Shown: positions 39,050 to 52,662, numbered from the stretch's first letter. The stretch is 64,000 bases of DNA from Octopus sinensis (GCF_006345805.1 NC_043020.1:14012001-14076000), one strand, 5' to 3'. Made by a program: numbers and translations. The notes: a model not told the origin generated them from the letters alone.

Positions 39050-39429
39050 CTGTTGCTGTTCAGTGAATGGTCTTCGTCCCAGAGCTCGCAAGATGGGAGA
39101 AGTCTGAACCGTGGTCCTTTGCTATTCGTAAGACCCGCAGAAGAGAAAGCAGGTTAACCCCCAACACCAAGAGCATCGATGGATGGATGAATGCGCATCC
39201 AGGCTCAGCGGTTGCATAGGAAGTTGGGGATAAGAAACAGGAAGAAAGAGTGAGAGAAAGTTGGGGCGAAAGAGTACAACAGGGGTCGCCATCACCCCCT
39301 GAGCAGAGCCTTGTGGAGCTTAAGGTGTTTTCGCTCAATAAACACACACAATGCCTGGTCTGGGAATTGAAACCACGATCTTCTGACTGCGAGTCCGCTG
39401 CCCTAACCATTGGGCCATTGCTCCTCCAC
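39050..39429 (-). mobile_element. Family D head joined to a different 3-prime tail
   Basis: D head and body at 39230-39429, then an unrelated tail ending gaacagcaacagc; TSD tgaggttgat. Confidence 0.75.
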
Positions 39430-40627
39430 TTGAGGTTGATGTAATTGAAGGCGGCGAGCTGGCAGAAATGTTAGCACGCCGGGCGAAATGTTTAGCGGCA
39501 TTTCATGTCTTTACGTTCTGAGTTCAAATTCCGCCGAGGTCAGCTTTGCCTTTCATCCTTTCGGGGTCGATAAATTAAGTACCAGTTATGCACTGGGGTC
39601 GATGTAATCAACTTAATCCCTTTGTCTGTCCTTGTTTGTCCCCTCTAAGTTTAACCCCTTGTGGGCAATAAATAAATAAGTAATTGACTAATCACCTCTC
39701 TCAAATTTGCTGGCCTTGAGCCAAAATCTGAAACCAAGATATATATATGCGTGTATATATATCAATGAGGAGTTGTAAATTATATATTACTATCAGCTCT
39801 TTTCCTGATAAAACATTACATCAAGTTATTTTTACAGAATAAATTGTGATTCCACACCAAATGAATGTTATATCAAACAGCATAGTATCAACAACATTAA
39901 TTAGACTAATGAGTGAAACTGTAATTTTCTTGGTACTGTTACCTCATTAACATCTTAATTATTAGTTATGCTACATCAAACATCACATCAGTAACATGAA
40001 ACTTCTCTGTCCCTCTCCTCTTAGCTTTTGTATTGCCTTCCTGATTTAGACTGTGGTTTGTTTCTTATCTATATGAAACCTAGGCCAGCAAATACACACA
40101 CTCTCTCTATCTCTCTTTCAAAGTACTTTCATCTGAATAGCTACCAGTAAAATGTCACATTATTTCCATTAAATTAACAGCCTGTCTTTCAAGACTAAAA
40201 TAGTTGAAATAAATTTAGAAAGCCGCATGTGGGTGTCTGCTTCATTTTATCACAGACATATTAAACCAGGATTGAAGCCAAAAAAACAAAATTAGATTTA
40301 ATGGCAGAAAGATGTAGCAAATAATCTAAAATTTCATTGAAAATTATCAACAAGTATTTTCTATGAATTCATGAAAAAAAAAAAAAAGGTCATTAAGTTT
40401 AGATATGAAAGTTTAAATGCTAAAATGCTAAGTAAATGTTAATCCTAACAAACCTTTTCCCCACACTTCCTGTTATATTTCAGTTCATTCTAATGAATAA
40501 AAAATACACTTTAGAAAGAAGAAAAAATATTTTTTTGGAAGCCACCTAGAATGTCATTGTTAAATTTGACTTGATTACCTAATTGTCTTTATAATTACTA
40601 AAATACCAGTAGTTAGCCTCAAAAATA

Positions 40628-40835
40628 GACTCAGGTCCTTCAGTGTTGTCAGACAGAAGGCAGAATATTTCCTTCTTCATAGCCCATCTACTGCAGTTCT
40701 CTACATTCCTGTCTAAACTGGTTTTTGCATGTTGAGGTTTTTCTGGACTGTCCAGAGATTCTTAGGTTGGCCTTTTCCCCCCATTTTCTGTCTTTTGGTG
40801 ACCAGCTCGTTCTAGTCTTTGCATACTGACTGGCT
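40628..40835 (-). mobile_element. Decayed RTE-like C-terminal fragment
   Basis: WSPKDRK-G-G(Q)P...W-VQKNL...AVD resembles the RTE W-P---R-RGRP...A-DR terminus; frameshifted. Confidence 0.4.
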
Positions 40836-40873
40836 GGCAAGTACAAGATATGACCTGCCAGATGAAAACAATA

Positions 40874-41390
40874 GTACATTATTTACATTTGACAGATATT
40901 TGTCCTCGTTTTGTTTGTTGTTAACACAACGTTTTGGCTGATATACCCTCCAGCCTTCATCGGGTATCTTGGGGAAATTTCGAACCTGAGTTCTCATTCC
41001 TAAGGTATCTTTCTATGCAGAAACATTAGCACGCCAGGCGAAATGCTTTGTGGTATTTCGTCTGCCGCTACGTTCTGAGTTCAAATTCCGCAGAGGTCGA
41101 CTTTGCCTTTCATCCTTTCGGGGGTTGATAAATTAAGTACCAGTTGCGTACTGGGATTGATTTAATCAACTGGACCTGCCTCACCCCAAATTTCAAGCCT
41201 TGTGCCTAGAGCAGAAAAGATTATTATTATTATTATTATTATTATTATTTTTATTCAGGTCACAGCCTGGAATTGAACCCAGAATCTTGGGGTTAGTCGC
41301 CGCGCTCTTAACCACTATGCCATATGAGGACAAATATCCGGCAATTGTAAATAATGTACATAATTCCTCATCTCTTAAATATAGAACTGA
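40874..41390 (-). mobile_element. tRNA-headed element with (AAT)n linker, degenerate hammerhead and inverted terminal duplication (candidate PLE-dependent SINE), interrupted by a family B SINE
   Basis: A box TGGCATAGTGG (41312-41322) and B box GGTTCAATTCC (41269-41279). Hammerhead-like CCGATGA-A-GGCTG-loop-CAGCC-AAAA-CG-TT at 40924-40967. Segment 40874-40907 recurs inverted at 41326-41359. Confidence 0.65.
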
Positions 41391-43323
41391 AAACAATGGT
41401 GTCATTATGTTTTTAACATCCTTCCAGTTACTCACACCCAACCTTGCATAATGCGAGGTAGACATGTATCTCCTCCATAGCAAAACACCAGTGCTTGTTC
41501 TGTTATCATTCTTTAGCCTTCAACACCTGGTATAAAGTCACTCCCACCTCTCTCTCTCTCTCTCTCAAATGCAATTCCACTCAGTCGGTGGTGGGGGAAT
41601 GGTGGCTTTTCCTTTTTTTTTTTTTTCCATTGTCCTGAGAGTGATCTCACTGATGCTGGTGTCCAAAAACAATAAGCACCTAGCAAACACTATAAAGTAG
41701 GGGGTCTGACACAGTTCTTCAGCTTACAGGATCCTGTAAAATTGTCCAACCAATGTCAGCATGAAAAACAGATGTTAAATTATGATGATGGTAATGATGA
41801 TGATTATTCTACAATTGTTATCCTGTCATAAATGAATATATATGGATTAATTTGTATGCATATCAACTCACTGAATAATTAGGCCCCATGAGGAAATTTT
41901 TGACAACTTTTGATGAGATTGAACTGATTAGTTTTATTTTTACTTAACAATTCATCTGAATCTATTTCTCCCAAGTGAGACTAACGAAGGTTAATTATTA
42001 AAATTTAAACATTTATAGACATAGGAGTAGCTGTGTGGTAAGTAGCTTACCAACCACGTGGCACCTTGGGCAAGTGTCTTCTACTATTGCCTCGGGCCAA
42101 CCAAAGCCTTGCGAGTGGATTTGGTAGATGGAAACTGAAAGAAGCCCATTTTGTGTGTGTGTGTGTGTGTTTGTCCCCCCAACATCGTTTGACAACCGAT
42201 GGTGGTGTGTTTACATCCCCGTAACTTAGCAGTTTGGCAAAAGAGACCAATAGAATAAGTATTAGGCTTCCAAAGAATAAGTCCTGGGGTCAATTTGCTG
42301 ATGCATTTACATATTGCTACATATTTATATTTCTTTACTGCCCACAAGGGGCTAAACATAGAGGGGACAAACAAGGACAGACAAACGGACTAAGTTGATT
42401 ACATCGACCCCAGTGCGCAACTGGTACTTAATTTATTGACCCCGAAAGGATGAAAGGCAAAGTCAACCTCGGCGGAATTTGAACTCAGAACGTAACTGCA
42501 GACGAGATACGGCTACGCATTTCGCCCGGCGCGCTAACGTTTCTGCCAGTTCGCCACCATATTGCTACATATTATTTATTTATATAATTTATATTACATG
42601 AAGCTTGCTATGTTGTTAACCATCAAAAGAGACATTTGCAGTTTGCAACAGTCTGCAAGGCATTGTTTTGCAGCAGATGAATTCATTTGCAGCTGAGTGA
42701 ACTGAGGCAATAAGGAAAAAAATGCACCGCCCCATCCAGGATTCGAACCCTACAACCTAATAATCATAAGACCAACAGACTAACCACTAAACTACAAGCC
42801 TTGACATATAACTATACCTAGTTTTATGCATAACTCAAAATTTGGAGATGATGATAATCATAAAACCAAGAGTCTAGCCACTAAACTATGACATATATAA
42901 CTATATATACCCAGTTTTATGTACACTAATTCATAACTCAATATTTGGAGATGGTTTCTCGTTTAGTTTGGAATCCAAACCAAGTTTTTTTCTCTTTTCT
43001 TATTAGTTTGATCTAAAAGACAAACCAAGCACCTATGGCCTTCACAGGTCCACCAAGGTCAGTGAGGTTGATGTGATTAATGTCTTTCTAAAACCAGAGA
43101 GATTGATGCGGTTATTGAAGGGAATTCTAGAAAGGAATTCTGATGTGTTGGAGACAAAGGATTGAATGTAATGAAGGAGAAAAATTGAAGGAGAAAAACT
43201 GAAGGAGCTAGAAGTGCTGGAGTAAAGGTGACAGGAGACTGGCCAATGTCTGACGTACAGAGGCTACCATGACAAGTCACTTTAAAACACACACACACAC
43301 ACACAAACTGTTGACTAAATATA

Positions 43324-43924
43324 TATTTCTTTACTACCCACAAGGGGCTAAACATAGAGAGGACAAACAAAGACAGACAAACGGATTAAGTCGATTACAT
43401 CGACCCCAGTGCGTAACTGGTATTTAATTTATCAACCCCGAAAGGATGAAAGGCAAAGTCGACCTCGGCGGAATTTGAACTCAGAACGTAACGGCAGACG
43501 AAATACCTATTTCTTTACTACCCACAAGGGGCTAAACATAGAGGGGACAAACAAAGACAGACAAATGGATTAAGTCGATTACATCGACCCCAGTGCGTAA
43601 CTGGTACTTAATTTATTGACCCCGAAAGGATGAAAGGCAAAGTCGACCTTGGCGGAATTTGAACTCAGAACGTAACGGCAGACGAAATACCTATTTCTTT
43701 ACTACCCACAAGGGGCTAAACATAGAGGGGACAAACAAAGACAGACAAACGGATTAAGTCGATTACATCGACCCCAGTGCGTATCTGGTTCTTAATTTAT
43801 CGACCCCGAAAGGATGAAAGGCAAAGTCGACCTCGGCGGAATTTGAACTCAGAACGTAACGGCAGACGAAAAACGGCTATGCATTTTGCCCGGCGTGCTA
43901 ACGTTTCTGTCAGCTCGCCGCCTT
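43324..43924 (-). mobile_element. SINE family B head-to-tail trimer
   Basis: 184-bp unit starting at 43324, 43508 and 43692, with a single head; one TSD ttgactaaatata (43311-43323, 43925-43937). Confidence 0.92.
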
Positions 43925-44930
43925 TTGACTAAATATAGTAGCTATCTTCTTTTTGTCATCATCATCATCATCATCATCACTATCATCTATCAACAACTGG
44001 AGTCAGTCACAACGACAGACATGCTACATATCTTACATGTAGTTTCACCACATGCAAGATGTAGTAGAAGTCGAAGGAGGCAGTCATGGGTCTCCAGTCA
44101 TCTACGTTCTCCATTGTTGCAACGTATCAGAGATGAAGCCTTGGTCATCTTAGGAAATGAATAATGAACAACAAATGCGTGTAGGTTGGCTAAGTCTGTT
44201 CCACAACATATTACAGTTGTTTTGTCGGTGACTACTAACATCTGTCCTCCATTATTTCCAGGTTAAATAAACATAATTTGCAAGATTTTATTCTAGGTCA
44301 AACTATTCATGTAGTTGTAATAGACAACACACACACACACACAAAACACCAACCTACAGATACAGATGCATCATCACATGATGTTAATACATTCATGTGT
44401 CATTTTGCCATATCTACATAAATACAATCACACATACACACACACACACACACAACAGAAACAACACTAGCAATAACATCAACAACAATGGCAACACAAC
44501 TACTACCACTACCACCACCACCACCAACAACAACAACACTTCTTTGTGTTCCAGAATTTTAAAAATGCTCAAGGATTTGCTACACAAAATAATTTTACTG
44601 CTACCACAATTGCTCCAAAAGTTGACCATCAATCACATTAATCACTAGTCTTCAATCATTTTAATTTTAGCAGTCATCAGCCAACAACATGGCTGCTGAA
44701 CCTATGAGAAATAACGACCAAATTTCCTTCAACTCATTCCCTGTCATTAAAAAATACAAAGGCCACATTGAAATAAAGTAATTCTACATACATACACTAT
44801 GTCTGAAGAAAATATGAAATGGTCTCATCTGGAACGACTTTGATCCTAGGTCTGCTTGATGAGGGCAAACCAAGGACTAAACAACAACCATGATTTTCAA
44901 CAGAGGGGTTTTTTAAATAGTTATATATAT

Positions 44931-45188
44931 GTGGAGGCACATGGCCTAGCGGTCGAGGGATCGTGGGTTCGAATCTCAGACCAGGCAATGTGTGTGTTTA
45001 TGAGCGAAACACCTAAGCTTCACGCGGTTCCGGCAGAACGTAATGGCGAACTTCTGCTGACTCTTTCGCCACAACTTTCTCTCACTCTTTCCTCTTGCAT
45101 CTTGCAGCTCACCTGCAACAGACTGGCATCCTGTCCAGATGGGGAACCTATATGCCAAGGAAACTGGGAAACCGGCCCTTATGAGCCA
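44931..45188 (+). mobile_element. Family D-like head joined to a family E-like tail
   Basis: D-like body (ctctttcgccacaactttctctcactc) followed by agactggcatcctgtccag...ggaaaccggccc. Confidence 0.7.
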
Positions 45189-46707
45189 TGCATGCACACA
45201 CACACGCACACATGCACACACGCACACACACACACACAAACACACATGCACTTACACACACACATCATCATCATCGTTGTTTAACATCCACTTTCTATGC
45301 TGGCATGAGTTGGATGGTTTGACTGATACAACAGATTTATTTCAATTTCTGTCTACCAAATCCACTCAAGGATTTGGTCAGCCCGAGGCTATAGAAGACG
45401 CTTACCCAAGGTGCTATGCAGGGGGACTGAACCCAGAACCATGTGGTTGAGAAGCAAGCCTCTTACCACATAGCTAAGCCTGTGCCTATTAAAAACAAAA
45501 AAAAAATTCTCAAGTTATGGCACTAAGATAGCTGACAAAATAACTAGCCACAACACGCTTCAGACTGATCTGAGAATAAATTTCATGTTGTGTCATGCAG
45601 TGCTTGAAGGTATGAAATGCAATACAAGAAGAAAGAAGAAGTAAATGAGTAGATACTTGAAAACTTTTGCACTTCTTACAGGTGGGTCTAAAACAGTTTC
45701 TGCTGATAATAAGTACTCGCTCAATAACATTATCATTAATTGTTTTTAGTTGGTCATTTGTTAGTCAGCAAAGTTTCTCAAGGAGAGCAGTTCTTCGAAA
45801 TTATAAATAACACTGTCATCTGAAATTCTTGTTTAAGTACAGATTTCCTGAAATGTAAAACTCTTTGACATCAAACTTTACGGTTCCTTTGGCAAGAGGT
45901 TTACAGTCATTAATCAGTAGTACAGCTCTACGGAACAATATTGACTTTTTTAATTGATAAAAGAACTGGATAACCAGCGAAGTGGTTGACCATACCATGT
46001 TCCCAGTATTGTGTTGTGTATCTATTTCCAGGATGACACATAACTATTGCTATAAATAGCTCAATCCACTCATCTGTAAGTAGGTACCACAGGAAGATAT
46101 AGATCGCTTATTCTATGTCCCTTAAGATGTCTTTTAATGATGTTTAACAAAAAAAATATGCTTTACTTCTTTTAGCTTTTACTGGTTTCAGTCATTAGAC
46201 TGTGGCCATGCTGGAGCACTGCCTTGTAGAATCTTCAGTCAAATAAACTGTATTAGTCTCTTTTGCCAAACAACTAAGTTACCGAGATGTAAACACACCA
46301 ACACCAGTTCTCAAGTGATGGTGGAGGACAGACATAGGTACACACACACACATGGATTGGACGGTTTGACTGATATTTATATATATATATATATATATAC
46401 TTTATTTGTGTGTTAAAGTTACCATAGGTTTCATGCCGAGAGAAATCTCTCAACAATTATCAACCTTGCCATAGGAAATCGGTACACATTTCCAACTTGG
46501 ATGAGAATAAACAAAGCTACAAGAGACTCAGTCAAGATGAAGACAAGTACCAACGTTCCAGGTGGCAGGCTTGGAAATTGTTGAGTGATTTCTATCAGCA
46601 TAAAACCAATGGTAGCTTTCTTAAGCACCAAATAAAGAATATTTATCCACCAATACAGTGTTGAGCACTCATTCTCACTTTGATATCAGCAAATATATAT
46701 ATATATA

Positions 46708-46812
46708 AAATTATAATTTAAGGTATCTGAGAGATACCACCACGCTGAAAATAGCAGTCAAAACCTGACTCTCAGCGTGGTGGTATCTCTCAGATACCAT
46801 AAATTATAATTT
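46708..46812. repeat. Fold-back inverted repeat, about 40-bp arms
   Basis: aaattataatttaaggtatctgagagataccaccacgctga / tcagcgtggtggtatctctcagataccataaattataattt, next to (TA)n. Confidence 0.9.
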
Positions 46813-47729
46813 AAAATAATTATTACCTTTGAAAGGTTTTTATTCCTATGCTGGCCATTTGATAAGATCAATATCTAAATATCGATCTTATCCTTATTTA
46901 TATATATGTATATATAAAATTTTAAATATAGGATAAGAATTAAATACTAATTTTTTCCAGTGGCCACCGTGAGTAAAAATATCTGTAGATTGCAAATATT
47001 ATATTATGACACTAAGCTCTGCTTACGAAGACCTGTTGAGGCAAGTGAAGTCAAATTCAATGACAGCACCGCATGACTGGCATCTATTGCCATGTTTAGG
47101 ACATCTTTAATGGTAGGTCTGCCCAATAAGGGAGACCAAGTTCAAGCTGAATGCATCAGATGTGTTAAAGTGCAGCTCGTCTAAGCTGAAGCCTTTAGGT
47201 GAGTGCTGTTAAGCCCCTTGCCCTTCCTGGCTGAGTAGATCTTGTGATTAAAGACATCCAAGCCATGGCCATCATGTTTTAATATATCAAACACACCCCT
47301 GTCCAATGTCTTCTTTATTGACAACAGCAGTGTATATTTGACGGAAGTTAGTCTCTATTTCTTCTGGGTCAGTCTGATAAATGATAAAAAATCTCACATT
47401 TGCCATGTTCAATGACTTCTTAAGATATATTCAAGTATATAAGACTGTCTTTCTTGTCTTGCTAATATAGACAGAAAAAAAATAAACAGGACACACATAT
47501 ACACAAATACAATCTCAGAAGTGAATACATGTGTGTGTGTGTGTGTGTGTGTGTGACACAAACACACACACACACACACATATAACATATATAACAACTT
47601 ATCTATTAATCTATATCTCGGGGTATGTAAACACGTAGCATATACAGAGGAGTATATGTTTTGTATGCATGCACGTGTAACTTATATGTGTAATATATAT
47701 ATACGTGTGAATGTGCATGCATGAGTGGG

Positions 47730-47998
47730 CATACACACACACACACACACACTCTCACACACACACACACTCACACACACTCACACACACACATACACAC
47801 ACACTCTCACACACACGTGCACACACTCACCACACACACACATACACATACTCACACACACACACACACTCACACACACACACACTCTCACACACACACA
47901 CTCAAACACACACACTCACACACACACCTCACACACACACTCACACACACCACACACACACACATACACTCACACACACATACACACACACACACACA
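47730..47998. repeat. Interrupted (CA)n microsatellite
   Basis: Direct inspection. Confidence 0.95.
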
Positions 47999-49530
47999 AT
48001 GACACCAAAAACAGTGCTTACTAAATTTTATTTCGATATGGTCTCTGCCATGGAGGAAGCTAAACAAATTCCAAACAATTAGCTTCATGAAGACATGGTT
48101 TTCTAATTAAGATAGTGTGTAATTTTAGCTAATTATGTCAGATCTGATAATATACACATGCTCAAGACAGCGTCTTAGTGTTAGCAAAATTCTTTAAATT
48201 CCTTTCAACACATCATAAATGAATTTTCTATTCCTCATTCCTCATTCACTGACACAAATATAAAACATGCCAGCCAAATATAGACTCAGTGGTCATACCA
48301 ACTGCTAGAAAAAGCAACCAAATTGCTCTCAAAACAACATCTTGCCATCTTTAAAAATGTAATTAACTTATTAGCATTCGCATTACTTTGTCAAATGTAA
48401 TGCTTGTTTGTTTACACTGTTTCAAATCTGTTATTCATTATCTTGTAGCTTCAAAATATTAACGATGTGATTATTTTTAGAATGTAATTGTACGGCCCAT
48501 GTGAGAAGCCAGATCTATCCGGTTTAAGCCTAAAAAAAGGTAGAATATTTGAGCTGGATATAACTGGTTTAAATGCTAAATGGTTAAGTCTGGGATATCT
48601 TTGTAAATTGGTCTAGTTAATGAGAGCTGGTGTGAGATATATATTCAAATGGATTGTAATATAATTAAAATAAATTTGGGTTGAATTAACCCTTTAGTGT
48701 TCAGATTATTCTATCAAACATAATGCTTATTGATTCCCATTGATTTGAATTAATCATGCATTGTCTCATATCTTCAAGATCTTGATGGTGTAATTACTTA
48801 ATGTAGAATAACATTGTAGGGTAGGTGTGAGAGCCTGGATCTGGTCAGTTTGAACATAAAACAGATTAAATATTTTGGCTGGATATGGCCGGTTTAGATA
48901 CTAAAGGGTTAAGTGAGAAAATTTTTAGTGTATTCAGGATTATAAGCAAGAATTTAAGGCAGAAAAAAGAAACAAATTTGAGTAGATTTGTGTTCTTTTT
49001 TGTTCCAAATATGTTCAAACTAGCCAAGATCCAGACTGACGCCTACCCTACAATGTTATCCTAAATATAAAACAATCAACAATTGCATCATTGAAATCTC
49101 AAACCTATGAGGTAATGTATGATTAATCCAAAACAATTATGTGAATAAATAAGCATTACATTTGACAGGATAATCTGAAAGCCGAAGGGTTAAAAACAAA
49201 AATTAAATTAATCGTCGGGCCAAATATTGCTACACTTCCAAACAAGGTAAAATAAACCAGATACTGGAGAGACATGGGAGAAAATAAAATTGAGGAAACA
49301 GATATTTGAACCCCTATCTCCTTACTGACACTGCCATATATTGGCATTCCATCAAGTTTTCATAACTGTTTTCTTTTTTTTTTTTTCGTAATTGTTTTCT
49401 TTTTTCATATGAACACGTATTCTTGGTAAATTAATCATGTTTTACTTTGTATACAAAATATGGAAAGCGATATTGTTCAGTATAAACCTATAAAAATATA
49501 TATATTCACATATACACCCACACACTTATA

Positions 49531-49561
<31 letters not shown>

Positions 49562-51215
49562 TTATGAAGCAACATGTCAGTAAGTTGATAGTATTTAGTT
49601 CTCATCACAACTTAGGCGGCATGTCCTGAGAAAGTTCTGAGAGTGTGCCAAGCTATAACAATCAGCTCCTTAATAACACAACGTAACAAGTGTTTCAACA
49701 TGAAAATGTAAGAAGTGAATTTACGAGTGGGGAAAGAACTGCTTCTGTCAAAGCTGAACTGAAAAGAAACCAGATCCACACCCCATCCCTCAAACTACAT
49801 TTTCTAATGTAATAATAACATTGTTGTCGCTGTTGCCGTTGCTATTTAAGTCCCTAAACCGCTACTGACCTTGGAGAGTAATGTCTTCCAAACGGTCGGT
49901 CGTGGCATGTTTTGAGAGTGAAGCTGTGACCTTTTACTTGGAAATATTCCGTTGTGGGCTAAATAGGAGAAAAGGAGGTTCAGGAAGAATTTAAATATGG
50001 ATGACATTACGCTACCTTTCTGGGTGGGTCTCATTCTTCATGTGTGTATATATGTATCATCATCATCATCATCATCATCTCATGTCCATTGTCCATGCTG
50101 GCATGGGTTGGACGGTTTGACTAGGACTGGCACGCTGGAAGGCTGCACCAGACTCCAGTCTGATTTGGCATGGTTTTCTATGGCTGGATGCCCTTCCTAA
50201 CGCCAACCACTCCGAGAGTGTAATAAACCATCATCATCATCATCATCATTAACGTCCGTTTTCTGTGCTAGCACGGGTTGGACGGTTCGACCGGGGTCTG
50301 GGAAGCCAGGAGGCTGCACCAGGCTCCAGTCTGATCTGGCAGAGTTTCTACAGCTGGATGCCCTTCCTAACGCCAACCACTCCGTGAGTATAGTGGGTGC
50401 TTTTTACATGCCACAAGCACAGGTGCCAGGGGAGGCTGGCAGCAGCCACGATCGGTTGGTGCTTTTTACGTGCCACCAGCACAGGTGCCAGGGGAGGCTG
50501 GCAGCGGCCACGATCAGTTGGTGCTTTTTACGTGCCACCAGCACAGGTGCCAGGGGAGGCTGGCAGCGGTCATGATCGGTTGGTGCTTTTTACGTGCCAC
50601 CGGCACAGAAGCCAGTCAAGGCAATATAACAATCTTAAAGCAGGTACATTGTTTAAAGTTAAACAATTTTGTCTCAAGATTGCATCTCTTACAAGTGTAT
50701 GTATAGTGTTAAAAAACACAGAAATATATCAGCAGCATACAAAAATCATCTAGTAGCAGTGGTGGCACTGCTGAATACATATTTCTGGCTTTTGGGGATA
50801 TATAAATAATTATGCCTGAAACAAGTAAAAGGAGATAAAGATATGTCAGATTGGGAAATTCAAATTAGCTGTTGCTCTTTAGCCCAAGGTCAATCCTGAT
50901 CCAGCAGATCTAGAATCAAAGGAATTTATGACCACCTCATCTTTTTCCCCAAGCCTAGGGCTACATTATTCAATGTGTCCTTCCCTTTTTTAAGGCAGTA
51001 AAGTGTAATAAGAGTGACATTTGTACTGTTTTACTCTTCTACTTGTTTCAGTCCACCTTTAGTCGAGCAAATCGACCACGGGACTTATTCTTTGTAAGCC
51101 CAGTACTTATTCTATTGGTCTCTTTTTGCCGAACTGCTAAGTGACGGGGACGTAAGCACACCAGCATCAGTTGTCAAACAATGATGGGGGGACAAACACA
51201 GACACACAAACATAT

Positions 51216-51282
<67 letters not shown>

Positions 51283-51569
51283 ATACGACAGGCTTCTTTC
51301 AGTTTCCGTCTACCAAATCCACTCACAAGGCATTGGTCGGCCCGAGGCTATAGCAGAAGACACTTGCCCAATGTGCCACGCAGCGGGACTGAACCCGGAA
51401 CCATGTGGTTGGTAAGCAAGCTACTTACCACACAGCCACTCCTGTATGTAATTAATAAATAGATCCAAATGAATGTTTACAGGCAGATGTTTGTTAATTG
51501 ATTGTCCTTTCTATTTTCTTATTTGCCTTTTGCCTTTATATATGTATGTATGTATGTATGTATGTAATA

Positions 51570-51603
<34 letters not shown>

Positions 51604-51619
51604 GTAGTAGTAGTAGTAG

Positions 51620-51890
51620 TAGGGAATATAATTCCAAACTTACAGGGAAAAATTCAATTTAGCGATTCTAAATCAAATTTCACAATATATAATATATGTA
51701 TATAATTTAGAGAAAAGCCTCTATTAAACAAAACAATTCAATAATGAAAGATGTTATTCACACCATATAGAAAACATATACTATAAAAAAAATCTTATTA
51801 TATAAATCAATAAAGTACAAAAATAGTAAATAGTAGTAAAAAGACTACGCGCGTTTCTTGGCTATATTTTCAAATAGATTTTTTTATATA
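51620..51890 (-). mobile_element. PLE-like fragment with the 3-prime half of a hammerhead
   Basis: Minus strand GAAA-CGCGCG-TA-GTCTT (51841-51857); lies between (AAT)n/(TAG)n and (TA)n tracts. Confidence 0.45.
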
Positions 51891-51899
51891 TATATATAT

Positions 51900-52290
51900 A
51901 CTAGCAGTATCGCCCGGCGTTGCTCAGGTTTGTAAGGGAAATAACTATAAAGCATTGTTAGAGAGTTATAGCCAAAAAACAAAAAAAAATGAAAAAAATA
52001 TGGTAATTTTTTTTTTTGATAGTTAAAAAAGGTGGGAGTTGCGTCCCCTACACAGTTTGTGGTTTGTGTACCTGATTCTCGACCCCATGTCGAATTTATC
52101 GATTTTTTTCAGAACTGGGGGAAACTTTCAAAATTTTCGCTGCGTTAGTTTTGAATTATGACATTGGGCTATGTGTGTGTCAAGTTTCATCAGAATCGGT
52201 TGAAAGCCGTGGTCAGGGTGAGGACAAGCAAACAGAACACAGAACACGCACAGACAAACTGCCGTTTATATAGAGAGAGAAGAGATATAG
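51900..52290 (+). mobile_element. Helentron/Lep1/DINE-like non-autonomous element
   Basis: actagcagtatcgcccggcgttgctcagg start; caagtttcatcagaatcggtt core; acagacaaac...tttatatag end. Confidence 0.65.
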
Positions 52291-52372
52291 TTGTTATTGG
52301 TAGGATCAACAAAAAAAGGCATTCCATCCAGTGAGAGATAAATATCATATAATATACACATTTTACGAAAGA

Positions 52373-52662
52373 GCCACTAATAGATTCATGCATTAGAGAT
52401 ACAATAATTTGGCAGATTTACAACAACATGCCATGTATCTCTGAACAATCTTTCAGGTTCAGTGCATACTGTTAGATGTATTTAAAAACCCGGATGCTTG
52501 TCTATAAGACAACACGAGAAAAAAAAACAAGAAAAAACATGTCCTGGTTTTTAAATATATCTAGCGATATACACTGAGCCTGAGAGATTGCTTAGAGATA
52601 AATCGCATGTTATATAAATATGCCAAATTATCGTATATCTAAACTATGAATCTATTAGTGGC
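52373..52662. repeat. Older, diverged fold-back inverted repeat, about 120-bp arms
   Basis: gccactaatagattcat...tatttaaaaacc pairs with ggtttttaaata...atgaatctattagtggc, with several mismatches. Confidence 0.8.

Noticed and set aside
45650-46075. Possible upstream MK2 exon (LLSEYLLSAETVLDPPVRSAKVF) or other coding remnant
   Set aside because: Lacks the GxGxxG loop and the ALK lysine, has poor splice sites and multiple stops.
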